Assembly: GCA_965644265.1 (NCBI GenBank)
Contig: OZ286475.1
Coordinates: 57,226,001-57,290,000, forward strand
Length of the DNA: 64,000 nt
Reading direction: 5' to 3'
From: Glycera tridactyla
Lineage: Eukaryota
Shown piece after piece: positions 12,280 to 24,348 of this stretch. The notes beneath the pieces are model-generated. The model made no database searches. It worked only from the letters and a program-made list of their open reading frames with translations, and was not told where the DNA came from. Position 1 is the stretch's first letter. Each line of letters opens with the position of its first letter. The position numbers and the translations under genes were made by a program.

Positions 12280-12327
12280 CCACTCTATTCGTAAACATGG
12301 ATTCTTCCAGCAGAAACGAACCGAGAT
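12280..12327 (-). CDS. Candidate 48-nt exon (D-LGSFLLEESMFTNRV-G)
   Basis: Strong acceptor CACTTTCTTTATCTAG and strong donor TGG|GTGAGT; open reading frame. Confidence 0.35.
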
Positions 12328-13496
12328 CTAGATAAAGAAAGTGTGAGCACTTAAGAGTGAAATAAAAATTCACTTTTCTTGATGAGTTTGCAGGATGGGA
12401 GTTGGGCGCCGACTGATGGACAGACACAAAATGGATTTATTGAGTACATTTCATCTGGCCGTGATTTGGCAGCATCAGAATTCCACCAGAGGGTGCATCC
12501 GCCACCAGAGGTCACTTTTTCCATCAGAGATCGCCGCACTTGATGTGTTCCCTTTGGGCATGATTTTTCTTCAACGGATCATTCGTTTCGCACGGCATCC
12601 ATACTTCACTGATTTATTGATTGATTGATTGGTTGAGTGATGTTCAGTGTTGCCTAAACTTAATACGAGACTTTTTCAGGGCAGCTTTTTGATTTGATGA
12701 GAGACCACAGGGCGCTCTCTTGTTGCAGATTTCACTGTTCAAAGTTTGAAACAGATGGCTGAAAATTCAAGTTTATCAGGGATAAATTCAAGTGCTTGAT
12801 TGAAGGTATCCCTTTTGCCAGTTGGAAATATGATGCTTAATACTCAGCATGGCGGATTGAAATCAATTCACAAATCACAGCAGATAATAGGATTAATCCA
12901 CAAGAAATCGGATGATCTCAGAGGAAGTAATTTGTTCTGTCCAATTGTGTATCACGAAACATAGTTTCATTCTGATAAAAAGCTTGCTTTCAACTAAAAC
13001 AACTCAGATAGATAGAGACATGTTCAGTATCATAAAAAAAAAGTTGTTTTAATGGATTTGTGAGCAATGTCAAACTCGATCTTCATCAGGGAGTCGTGAT
13101 AGATTTTATTCCAAATCGCGTTTGTCATCTCTGTCTCGTCCGATCATGCCCGATCTTGCCTGACTGATTTTGTGAAATATTGTACAAGATCCGGTCTGCT
13201 CCAACATGATGCCAGATTAGCTACAGAATGTCAGTTGAGAATGGCTAAATTTGTTGTCGTCCGAGTTTAGTTTGGTAAGGGCCTGGAAAAGGTATGGTTG
13301 TCTATGATGCATGTATATGATCTTGTGGTTGTGATAATTGGGGAAAATCTGAAAAGTTTTTTGTTGGTGACAGCAAAAGTGTTGTCTCCTGACACCACGC
13401 CCGATCCATTACAATCTGATCAATTGAAATATTTACATTCTTCCATAGGGAGAATTAGTTTGGACTTTTGACTGTTACGAAATTCATTTCACTCAC

Positions 13497-13566
13497 CCAG
13501 GGATTCATGAGAGTGGCGAAATTTGAAGACTGTACTTCCAAGATGGAATACAGGAGTATTTAAACT
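13497..13566 (-). CDS. Candidate 70-nt exon (SLNTPVFHLGSTVFKFRHSHESL)
   Basis: Acceptor CCCTTCCCTGTACTTGCTGACACCAG and donor TGG|GTGAGT; only one frame open, ending in phase 1, compatible with 12280-12327. Confidence 0.3.
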
Positions 13567-13794
13567 CTGGTGTCAGCAAGTACAGGGAAGGGTCACTCCA
13601 AGGAGAGAGTTGAGTTTATGGAATGCATAAATATCTTGGGTTGCCATGCAACCAACGCCAAGTGTGGTTTTTACTACCTCCCACCCAGGAGAATATTGCC
13701 AAACATGGGCATGATTCTTGGCATGCAGAAGCAGCAATTCATGGCTTTTATTCGACCCATCCATCACAGGAAAACCTTTTATTCATCTTACATA

Positions 13795-14275
13795 TTCTCG
13801 TTGTTTTCATGCTCTACAGTTTCTCTGCCTCCTAACAGCCAGGCTATAGCTCATTTGCTTCATGTCTGCAGCTTCCCATTGGTGTGTTCATTCCGTACCA
13901 CATGCTGCAAAATTGCACTTGTGATTTTGAAGAAATGTGTACAGTACAGTCAAACTTGTCCTAAGCAAGACTTGTACTAAGCAAGAACTTGTCCTAAGCA
14001 ACAGGATTCTGTTCATCCCACCAGAGTATTTCTCACTATATTTGACCTGTTCTAAGCATGAACTTGCTCTAAGCACACACATTTTTCACGTCCCGCAGCT
14101 TCATGCTTAGAACAAGTTTGACTGTATATGATTCAGACTACACCTTCACTTCCCTCTTCTCGTTGTTTTCTAGCTTTACAGTTTCCCTACCTCCTAATAG
14201 ACAGGCAATTGCAGATTTGCTTCCATCTCTATAGCCTTCCACATGTTTATTCCGTATCTCATGCTGCAATCAGTA
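13795..14275. repeat. Diverged local direct duplication (~120 bp) either side of a MITE
   Basis: 13795-13915 aligns to 14157-14275 (TTCTCGTTGTTTTC...CCTCCTAA...TTTGCTTC...TTCCGTA...CATGCTGCAA). Confidence 0.8.
13947..14124. mobile_element. MITE family E
   Basis: TIR CAGTCAAACTTG...CAAGTTTGACTG, TA TSD. Confidence 0.9.
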
Positions 14276-15222
14276 TTTGTGCTGGTAATTTTGGAGGAAT
14301 GCGGATAATTCAGATAATTTGGGCTACACGTCAGTTTGCTCCTCTGTTTCTATTCACAATCAGTTATGCCCGATTTGAATAAATAAGATGGAGATTACAT
14401 TAGTCCCTGCCAACCTGGCTGCGTACACACCCGGCTAATCACAAAATCAACATCGGAATTATCTGATGCACATTATAGGCCCGATTTTTATGCCCATTTT
14501 TATGTTCCTTAGGGCCGCCTATCGCCTACACCCGCATGGTCCGTGCGCCACTTTATATGATAATGCGTCCACCAAATCCGACTTCGCTATATTGCTTTCG
14601 AGGATTAGAGTGAAAAATCACGGCAATGAAAGATACAGGATGTTTGTCCAACATCGCAAGGGAAAAAATACTGCCCTCTGCTACCCCNNNNNNNNNNNNN
14701 NNNNNNNNNNNNNNNNNNNNNNNNNNNNNNNNNNNNNNNNNNNNNNNNNNNNNNNNNNNNNNNNNNNNNNNNNNNNNNNNNNNNNNNNNNNNNNNNNNNN
14801 NNNNNNNNNNNNNNNNNNNNNNNNNNNNNNNNNNNNNNNNNNNNNNNNNNNNNNNNNNNNNNNNNNNNNNNNNNNNNNNNNNNNNNNNNNNNNNNNNNNN
14901 NNNNNNNNNNNNNNNNNNNNNNNNNNNNNNNNNNNNNNNNNNNNNNNNNNNNNNNNNNNNNNNNNNNNNNNNNNNNNNNNNNNNNNNNNNNNNNNNNNNN
15001 NNNNNNNNNNNNNNNNNNNNNNNNNNNNNNNNNNNNNNNNNNNNNNNNNNNNNNNNNNNNNNNNNNNNNNNNNNNNNNNNNNNNNNNNNNNNNNNNNNNN
15101 NNNNNNNNNNNNNNNNNNNNNNNNNNNNNNNNNNNNNNNNNNNNNNNNNNNNNNNNNNNNNNNNNNNNNNNNNNNNNNNNNNNNNNNNNNNNNNNNNNNN
15201 NNNNNNNNNNNNNNNNNNNNNN

Positions 15223-15345
15223 GCACCCTCTGGCTACCATATTTCAAAAGTTAGGAGACAGCTGCCCCTAAAATTTTGAGAGGTTGTAATTGGCAATGTA
15301 TTGACTGGCTACCAAGATTTGCACTGGTTACCAAATATTTCGACC
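15223..15345. repeat. Dispersed repeat (probable DNA-transposon fragment)
   Basis: Reverse complement of ~19215-19345; related sequence near 48255-48315 (GGTAGCCA motifs). Confidence 0.6.
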
Positions 15346-15369
15346 TAGGAGCCAACTGGCTCCTAGATA

Positions 15370-15546
15370 CAGCGAAACCTGCGACCAGAGACCGCCCTAA
15401 ATGTCAACAAAAATCGGTCTCTCAAAAGAGGTGGTCTCTTGTCGGAGGTATATTTGACTACGTCAAATAGGAAAGCGGCCATGGAAAAGCGGTCTCCCGT
15501 CGGAGGTGGTCTCTCGTCGAGGGGTCTCTCGTCGCAGGTTCCACTG
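15370..15546. mobile_element. MITE family C
   Basis: TA-CAGCGAAACCTG...CAGGTTCCACTG-TA; near-identical reverse complement of 61678-61854. Confidence 0.9.
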
Positions 15547-15903
15547 TATGTTGAGCCCTGTGTATGAGCGATATAATGTGTCAAAACAAGGCAGATTACT
15601 GACATTGTCGGGCATGCAGTCTGAATGGGATGTCAGAATCAGAATGGGAAGTCAGCCCGACAATGTTGATAATGGCAGAAACTTGTTTGGCCAGGCTTAT
15701 TTCCCGGGCTTATTCTTTGGGCTGATTTCCTGTAGGTGTTGATGATTTTTATGCCAGATTGGCTGGCAACTTTTTATCACAGGTGATGGTGCAGTATCAT
15801 AGATTATAAGTTAGGGAGCTGTGTGTTCAATATAGCATGGTTAAGTACCGAAGTCTGACAATGATCGTGTTTGCGGGTGCCAGTCAGACAGCCTTAGCCA
15901 ATA

Positions 15904-16187
15904 CAGTAAGACCTGCTATAAGATAACCCCTGATAATAGACCACCTGTCTTGTCAAACCATCTTCTGTGATCCTGTCATCTGTTTGACATAGTCGAATAT
16001 GTCTTCGATGAGAGACTACAGTTGAACTTGTCTTATGCTCGACTTGTACTAAGCAAGAACTTGCACTAAGCACACACATTTCTCACATCCGGCTCCTTTG
16101 TGCTTAGGACAAGTTTGACTGTACCTCTTTTGTAAGACCAGTTTTATTTGGCATTTGGGGTAGTTTCTCACTACAGATTTCACTGCA
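15904..16187. mobile_element. Family C-like MITE with a nested family E MITE (16019-16121)
   Basis: Outer CAGTAAGACCTG...CAGATTTCACTG; inner CAGTTGAACTTG...CAAGTTTGACTG with TA flanks. Confidence 0.65.
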
Positions 16188-16285
16188 CTCCTGAAATCCT
16201 GAGTCCAGGATGATCACGAAGGGCAGGTTGATTCACAGGTGGGCAGGTTGATTTGAAATCCACCTGCCCAACTGGCAGGTGTTCT

Positions 16286-16687
16286 CTATGACTTCTCGCC
16301 CTGTATTTCCCAACATATATTGTCTAGGGGAGGGTACAGAGGTGGACCCTCGGGCAGGACAGCGGGAGGAGGGAGGGGAGGTGGGGTTGATACTGATTTT
16401 ATCAGTCCCTCCATGATGATAGTTGTTCCATTCTTCACTTGATGGCAGATAGTTGCTATATATTCACACACATATTGTTGATCATCTTCTGGTGGTTTCG
16501 ATATAGCCGCAGAGAAATAGCTGCGGAGAAATGTCAGAACATGCCTAATGAAGGGAGTGGAGCGCGGAGTAGAAAGTCGTAAATAACACGTGGAATTCCC
16601 GTAATTATAGCCCTGCACCTGCTGATAAAGAATACAAGCGAACAATAAAAGCGTTGACGTTACCAACACTGCACATCTACGATTCAT
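16286..16687 (-). CDS. Candidate secreted protein (133 aa, or first exon) with N-terminal signal peptide
   Basis: MNRR (basic) + CAVLVTSTLLLFACILY (hydrophobic) + QQVQG| (V-x-G cleavage). Two N-glycosylation sequons (NST, NGT); CpG-rich upstream region 16690-16830; no family recognised. Confidence 0.4.
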   Translation of the reverse strand: MNRRCAVLVTSTLLLFACILYQQVQGYNYGNSTCYLRLSTPRSTPFIRHVLTFLRSYFSAAISKPPEDDQQYVCEYIATICHQVKNGTTIIMEGLIKSVSTPPPLPPPAVLPEGPPLYPPLDNICWEIQGEKS

Positions 16688-17261
16688 CCATCTTTCCGTG
16701 ACTCATCCATCGTTTCGCGGCCTTTGATTTTTGTTTACATTTATCATTCGCCACTTTACGCCGCAACAATCATTGCAATGTTTAGGATGATTTTGCCGAA
16801 GAATCGGTAAAGTCGGCCACAGATGCAATTGAAATATTTTGTTGTCTGTGGAGGAATTCAGGAATGAGGCTCTGATGCACGAATCGGAGATGAGTCAGAT
16901 AGGGGACCAGGAGGGAGTGGAGGGGGTCAAAAGGTCATTTGTTCGTTATCTTGTTTTTGCGTGATTGGCGTTACTTTCAGTTCTACAGTGCAACTTGTTT
17001 GATGACCATAATAACAGGTGTCGGGATACAAATGGATTTGAATTGGGGTACATTACCCAGTACTGAGTACTGACTCCGTGTGGTAATTACTCTGATGTTA
17101 TCTGCGTGTAACATGAAGATGAGAGTCATGTCCACGAGTTTTGAAGAGATGAGTTTTGAAGAGATGAAAGAATGGCAAGAAGACGTGATGGGTGATTACT
17201 GTTGAGAGGTCTGCCCTTTCCTTCTCATGATCCTTATTTTCATTATTACATGCAGGCTCTT

Positions 17262-18155
17262 GACAATAGACAATAGACAATAGACAATAGACATTACTTT
17301 ATTTATCCAGGTGACAAACAGCATAATGCACAAAAACAAGATAACAAAAACATGTTGCTAGTGACTCAGACCTGGGTCTGCTAATTCTGCTGCGACCTGG
17401 AGCGATATACTTATACAATGAATCATATCCGATCATTGATCATGGTTAACCTTCTCAGAAAAATACGAGATAAGATAGCATATGCAGGTTCCTTGGATAG
17501 GTTCCAGATTTGACTATTGTTAAATTCTCCCTAGAAAATACTGTGATAAACTTAGTCTGTCGCCTTAGGTGTCCAGTCAAATCACCGACAATTGTGAATG
17601 GTTTACTCTGGATTGTCTTAAGGAGTTGATTCACTTATCATGCAAGAAAAGACAGGTGACAATCAGACATTCTCGAGAGAAACTCTGTTGTTCATCCAGT
17701 ATTGCAGAGTTCATCTGGTTATACAATTAGAAGTGAGATGATACAGTAGATAGAGACACGAGATCTGTTGGAGGGGTATACATCAGATTTGATTAACTGT
17801 TCTAATCTAGTGAACCGGAGTTTTCTTTCAGTTGTAACTTGAGACTTCTCTTAAAAATATTTAAACTTTTAGAGTTTCTAATGTCAATCGAGAGATTATT
17901 CCAATTTCTGGCTCCAAAGTTAGATAGACATTTCCTGCCATAATTGGTCCTTGTTCGATTTATTTTTAGATCACCTCTCACTCTCGATCTCGTGTCTCTA
18001 TCTTGATTATCCTGAATTGAAGTGAACATGTGACTCAGGACATGAATCCCATTTCCCTCTATGATTACCTTATACATCAAACAGCTTGTATGGTAGGATC
18101 TGCGAGTCTCTAATCTTACAATTTCTAGTTCAGAGTGCATAACATCTGTGGAATG
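17262..18155 (-). mobile_element. 5'-truncated L2/CR1-group LINE (ORF2 C-terminus, 3' UTR, (TATTGTC)n tail)
   Basis: ORF 17802-18140 (L..RR..H...LMYK...; TR......L...R.RTNYGRK.....GA..WN.L...IR.S.SL..FK..LK) is the typical CR1/L2 RT C-terminus; AATAAA-like signal and heptamer tandem tail at 17262-17295. Confidence 0.9.
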
Positions 18156-18289
18156 CCTTTTGTGTGATCCTCAGTAAGCTAAGCAAATGATATGTCAGGG
18201 CTCTATGTTAAGGCCTGCACTACTGGTGCTAATATGTTGATTCATTGTGAAGGTAGTAAATTTCATCAGTCTGTCTGCCTTTTTTGGTA

Positions 18290-18448
18290 CAGTAAAACCT
18301 GCTGTAGTGAAATCCTGTCCACAGGGAGAAGAAAAATCTTGCCCAAAGGTTTTTTTTCAATAATAATTGACCTGTATATAGTGAAATCCTGTCTACAGTG
18401 AAAAGAAAAATCTGGCCTGTGACTTTTCACTATAGACAGGTTTTACTG
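18290..18448. mobile_element. MITE family D
   Basis: TA-CAGTAAAACCTG...CAGGTTTTACTG-TA. Confidence 0.85.
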
Positions 18449-21092
18449 TATATGGATATATGCAGGAGGGCAGGTGAAAATCTCGCTTCCAGAGATGGAG
18501 CGCAGAGTTCGATCAAGTTAAAGTAACCATCGTTCAGTAGTTGTTGGTGCTCAAGAATCTTCAGGTCAGATTTTCAGATTTTCGGCTGTGATTCGGTTGT
18601 GAGCTAATCACATCCCTGGCATATGCCATGATGAAGGGTGGATCCGATATTCAGAATTAATGGAGATTCATTGTTGACGTACATGATCATTTCGGTGGGA
18701 AACAGAGCAGAAACTTGATGGCATGTCATCGCATGACACAGAGCGATAATACGTTCATTTTGAATGACCGAATGAAAGGAGACAGTAATGATCAGCTAGA
18801 GAGCCACCTACTGGCCAATTACTGACCAATAATTAGAGAGGTCTACCTACATCCGCACCTCCCCGAACACCGCTATTGACAGAGCTAATTCGTCGGAGAG
18901 ACGATTGGCCGTCATGCCCTGGAGATATGCTCGCCGGTCGAGCGTAAATGCGATGCGCTACTCCCGCTGGGAAGGAAAGCTCAAGATTCGTACAAATTGT
19001 TCGGAATCGTTGCTTGGAAAAGTCAAGTGTCCTGTTCATTTCCATGTAATTACAATCTTAGCAAGTTCAATCCATCGTCTAGACAAATCAGTGTGCAGTG
19101 ATTGCTTTAACCCTAATTACTTCTTTCTTACCCAAAAGAATATTAGTGTGAACCCTTGTTTCATCAGTGGCAGGTCTCTATATCGGCCACAAAATTCAGA
19201 AGCCAGCTGGTCCCTGAGTTTATATTTTTAGTTGCAATTGCCCAATGTTGGTAGCCAGTCAATATATTGTCAATTACAACCTCCCAAAATTTTTGCGGCT
19301 GTTGGCTCCTAACTTTCGAAGTAAGGTAGCCAGAGGGTGAATTTGGTATCCATCGCTTACCCACAGGTAACAACATAGAGTCCCGAATGTTCACTATTTG
19401 TCTGTAAATATTGGTGATGTTGTTGGATATCAGAAACCGAAAGTATATGGACGTGCTTCTTGACGTACTGGTGTCAGAATTTGTGGAGAGTGTTTTGGAG
19501 AGTTTTTGCTCACAGTCAGCAAATCATGCACATGACAACGAAGACCATTCTCTGCTGATTATTCTGGCTTTTAGGTCATGAAAATCAGACAAGTATTAGT
19601 GAAGATAGAGCACGATGTTTGTATGAAGTTCTTGTAGCCTTCAGTCACCAGTTGTTTGAGTTTGTTGATCGACAAAATCTCGGTATAAGCCTGGTCAGGT
19701 TTTCAGTGTTTTTGGTAGTGAGGCAGTCACATCCCTGGTCTGAGCTCTTGCAGGTGCATTGGCTGTGATTTGGCAAAGGTCAGATGGCTTGAGGCGGTGT
19801 AATTGTGAAGGGATTAGGACTCGTGAAATTTAGTCGATTAGGAGATGGCCATGAACTCTTGCTCTTCCCACTCCTACTGATGAACATTTGAACCGGAGAG
19901 CTGTGTGGGTGGGGTGGGTGTTCGTGTGTGCATGTGTGTGCTCTTTCTCTGTCTGTCTCTCTCTCTCTCTCACTCATTCTCAGTCTCTTTTTGTCTGTCT
20001 CTCCCCTCTCTTTCTCCCCTGTCTGNNNNNNNNNNNNNNNNNNNNNNNNNNNNNNNNNNNNNNNNNNNNNNNNNNNNNNNNNNNNNNNNNNNNNNNNNNN
20101 NNNNNNNNNNNNNNNNNNNNNNNNNNNNNNNNNNNNNNNNNNNNNNNNNNNNNNNNNNNNNNNNNNNNNNNNNNNNNNNNNNNNNNNNNNNNNNNNNNNN
20201 NNNNNNNNNNNNNNNNNNNNNNNNNNNNNNNNNNCTTCATACATACATGAGCCTATATCACAGAAGAACCCCAACTATGCAACTGGATGTAAGCTTATAG
20301 TCGAGCTCAGAAATAGATGAATGAATAGATAGATCAATAAGAGTAGTGCTAACAAAGAAAATCTTGGGCTTAGCAAACTATTTCAGGCACTAATGGAGGG
20401 CAGAATTAGTGTAATGCGAAAATTGAAGGATGTCAATTTCATAAATGCATCAGCGAGAAATGAACTGTCATTTTGTCAGCACGATTCTATGCACCGCATT
20501 CAGAGGCGTGTTCTGTTCATGGGCAGCGTCCATTTTATCAGATCCATTGTCCATTTCATCCGATCCACTCTACGCTTGTCACCCCGGTCTGAGTGGATGA
20601 TATTAGGGGTTTTCAGTTGGTGATATTAGGGGGTTTTCAGCACACCCATCGTGAAGTCGGCCGGCAGTGAATGGTGAAGGGTCAGATAGTGCCGCAAATA
20701 GATTCGGCGGCACGTGACCGCCACTTAGTTCATCATAAAAGGATCGGTCGCTAGCGTAGAATGACCATAAAGACGGGCGACAGGAGGTGAAAACTTTGTT
20801 TCACTGGTAATGTGACTTGGCACGTTTCAAAAGTGCTCGTGAAAATGGTCGCCATTCGCAGCTCTTTGATGATGACCCCCACGTTGCGCCTTTTGTTCGA
20901 GCCACAGTACTTTTTTGTCAGAAGTCTCATCGAATTGTTGACTGCAAATAAACAATCAAGATGTGCGTTATAGGTTGAAAGCACTCAGGGAGATTAGCTC
21001 AGGGAGAGGCTGTCTGCCCTCTGTCCCTGTCTCTCTTACTGTCTGTCTGTCTAGGCCTAGTTCACTTTCAAACTGCGTCCAATTTCATATAG

Positions 21093-21280
21093 TGTCACCT
21101 TATGTAAAACTCTCCACCTTTTACTCTGGGACTGCACTTCCTATAATAACATTATAAAACTAAATGATTTCAACTTTCATTCAAAACTGGATTCGATTTT
21201 GCTCATTACTTGTGTTCCACTTATATAATTCTATTCGATGCAAATTCATGTGTTTTTCCGTCTTCTAATTTCAGGTGAGT
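21093..21280 (+). other. 3' splice site with 180-nt AG-exclusion zone juxtaposed to a 5' splice site (candidate recursive splice site)
   Basis: TGTTTTTCCGTCTTCTAATTTCAG|GTGAGT, with AG at 21273-21274; no AG dinucleotide from 21093 to 21272. Confidence 0.6.
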
Positions 21281-22351
21281 CTCATGAAATAGCTGGCTTC
21301 AGTGCGATATCAAGTTGAGTTCGCAGTTTCATATACTTTATTTACAGAGATTGGGGGGGGGGGGGGGGGGGGGCACCATGATATGTCCAGTGTGTTTGTG
21401 AGACAAATGGGTGTACTATGTATGTATGATTTACAAAGAGTGACTGCTTTCATTGAATACCCATTTCTGTCAATCAGTTTTGGATGAAAATTTGGCATCG
21501 ATTTTCATCATACCCAGGGAATTGAATCAATGTTTGACCTGCCAGTTGTACCATATACTGGGACCTGCAATAAAAGACTGCCCCAAATGTCACTGAAAAT
21601 TTCTTAAATAAGAGGTATGTTTGACCATATCAGATGAAGAAGGAGCTTCCGAAAAGTGGTCTCTCAAAACAGGTGGTCTCATCAGCAAGTCTCTCCCATT
21701 GTGCTTTCAACTTTGTGAAACCAGATTTTGACATCTTTATTTGACAACATGATTCCCTGCTGGAAGCAAGTTTTTCATCAATCCTTTTGGGAGATGCAGG
21801 ATGGGTGAGTCAAGCGAGTTTGGAGTTGAATTTGGGGGAAAAAATCCAGTCAACCTTAAATATGTCTCAACATCATGCCATTCTGTAGAGACACACAGCT
21901 TGTTTAGAGTTCAGCATTTTGCCCTGGGGACAAACACAGCACCGCATGTTGGAAGTCAGACCCAGTGCCAGCTGCAGTCATTCGGGCCTCTGAAAAAACG
22001 GGAAAACCCCGATGATGGAGTGAGGAGAAGCATGGACGACATAACGTGAATGTTTGACAAATTGTGACGTGTACATGGCATTTTTCAGAGACGACAGAAC
22101 AAGAAAGGAATGTCAACAAGAAATCTGATTGTTCATACCTGTCAGTTTCGTCTTTGATGTGTTTTGACGTTGCTTCGTCAGTCCGATGGTTGATCGTCCT
22201 TTGCATGAAGTGTGATTGTGTCCCAAAAGTGAGGTCGGGCAGATTGTTTACCAGAACTGGGCTTCGGATCAACTGGTCAAGATGCCAATCTCAATAATTT
22301 TGTCGTGAAACCGGAATGTGGAAGTAAAAATGGTTTCAAAAGAGGTGGTCT

Positions 22352-22545
22352 CATTTGTTTTGGTTTGGTTGAGGTTTAACAGCATAGTATGTACCAACCC
22401 AGAGAATAATGTATGCTAGATGTTCTCTCCCCTGCAGGCATCACTCTCACAAACTCATAACACAAGATGATGGGAAAACTGTACTGTAGTGTGAGTAGCT
22501 AACAGTTCAGACACACCTCTACATACCAAACATGAACATATTTTG
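22352..22545 (-). mobile_element. SINE-like dispersed family B
   Basis: Core CTAGATG...CCCTGCAGGCATCACTCTCACAAA...AACACAAGATGATGGGAAA shared with ~31805-31997, 33755-33947, 36186-36307, 47270-47550, 50950-51050 and 57918-58100; simple-repeat tails. Confidence 0.7.
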
Positions 22546-23962
22546 AACCTAACAAATGTTGCACATTTTCGATCCCAATTTTAAAATTATGCAATATTTC
22601 ATGAAATAATTTCTCACACCATAGCTGTCATTAGCTGTCATTGATGGGAAAAATAGATAAATTGACCAATCAAGGAGTCAGATATGTTTTTGTGAGTACA
22701 TTTTGAGTTTGTTGTTTTTGAAATAAGTTTCTCTTCCCAATTTTAATTTTTTTGGCACCAGTTTGGTAAAATGATGCACTATTTCATGCAAATTTCTGAT
22801 TTGGGAAAACTGAATGAATACTCTTGGATTGCAACCTTGCTGAGTTCCAACTGGAATTCTCGGATAGGATACTTTTGTGGCTAATTAGAAGCATTTCTCT
22901 AATTCGTGTCACCGATGGTGTGAACAGAGAAGATTCGCAACTGCCACTGATGGCTTCTGGCGCATCAAATGCTCGCGGGCACGATCTTGTTTCATTATCT
23001 GCGGTCTTGTGTTGCTGATTGTCAACAGCCTCGAGCTGGCGAAACTCTTGAGCTCGCCACGCCGCGCATAATATTGTGATAAAAAGAAGGTAAAAAAACT
23101 TGCAGCGCAAATACAAATGGTTTCTTTATTCGGCGTAGAACATTCGACAGTGTTGGTACTGCATTCAGATGTTAACCAACGTTTGTGCATCTCGTTCTTT
23201 CTCGCAGGCTCATGGATACTGTCAAACCAAAGATGGTCTATGTAGATGGGTGGCCCCTGTAGAGAGGTTGTTTACTATGATTCAAGATTCAACAACTTTT
23301 TATTGCATCTGAACAAAGATATTTACACGAGACCAATTGGTCATATTACGTGCACATGCAACAAATTAACATAGTGCATGCTAAGTCTTGGCAAATTAAC
23401 AGTAATAATTGAACAGCGAACCTTTACATAACAAGACAGACATGAGAAAGCAGTACACAGTAAAATATTTGGGCTATGTCGTGACGACAACCCATAATGG
23501 GAATAAGTTGTACAATCAGTCTCTCCTAGTCATTTGCTCGCACTGATTCACACCTTTTGCGCACACACTGACGCGTTCAAAAATGGATGGCAGGGCAGGG
23601 CAGTAGCTCATTGTATATCGCCGGTATAAGTTGACACAACTGACAAAATGATTAGGCAAAGAACCCATACAGGTGACACGACTAGGCATCTCTGCTACAT
23701 TATATATGATTTAAAAAGAATAATAAATAAATGAATAAATAAAATAAAGAAATGGATTTTAATTTAAAATAAAAAAAAAAACCAAAAAAAAACGACCATT
23801 GGAACATCTTGTGGAGACATCAACATTCGGGTGTCATACTCAGGAACTCTGCTTAGCCACACTATAACACACTCACACACACAGGCTTAAGGTGGGATGG
23901 TTGGTAAGCCAAGGACAGAGTATCAATATGACATTATCGCAGTCGCGATACAGTGGAAGATA

Positions 23963-24117
23963 CAGTGAACCCTGCATTGAGAGATCACCCTATTGTCGCC
24001 AAAAAAGCGGTCTTGTGACATTATCGGAGGTATAATTAAATCTGTCAGACAAAGATTCCCTGGAAAAGCAAAGAGCGATCTCCATCGTTATGGGGTCTCT
24101 CGTCTCAGGTTTCGCTG
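23963..24117. mobile_element. MITE family C (degenerate)
   Basis: TA-CAGTGAACCCTG...CAGGTTTCGCTG. Confidence 0.65.
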
Positions 24118-24334
24118 TGGTTTCAGCTAGGGTTTACCTCAGTCGGCTGGTGGCCTTTGTATAGAAGTGGTTTCTCAATCAGGTTCGACTGTATTTTGGA
24201 ACCACTGATAAGAGTGTCCGCCTTATATGACAACACTGATGACATTGGTTGTCTCAAATTGCGATGTCTCCGGCAAATTGCGCAATTTTTTTTCTTTTTC
24301 TACTTGATTGGTTTGGGGGGCTCCTTATTTGCAG

Positions 24335-24348
24335 TGTGAATTAAATAT
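24335..24348 (+). other. Candidate 14-nt microexon
   Basis: 118-nt AG-free zone (24215-24332), acceptor CTCCTTATTTGCAG, donor TAT|GTAAGC. Confidence 0.3.
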
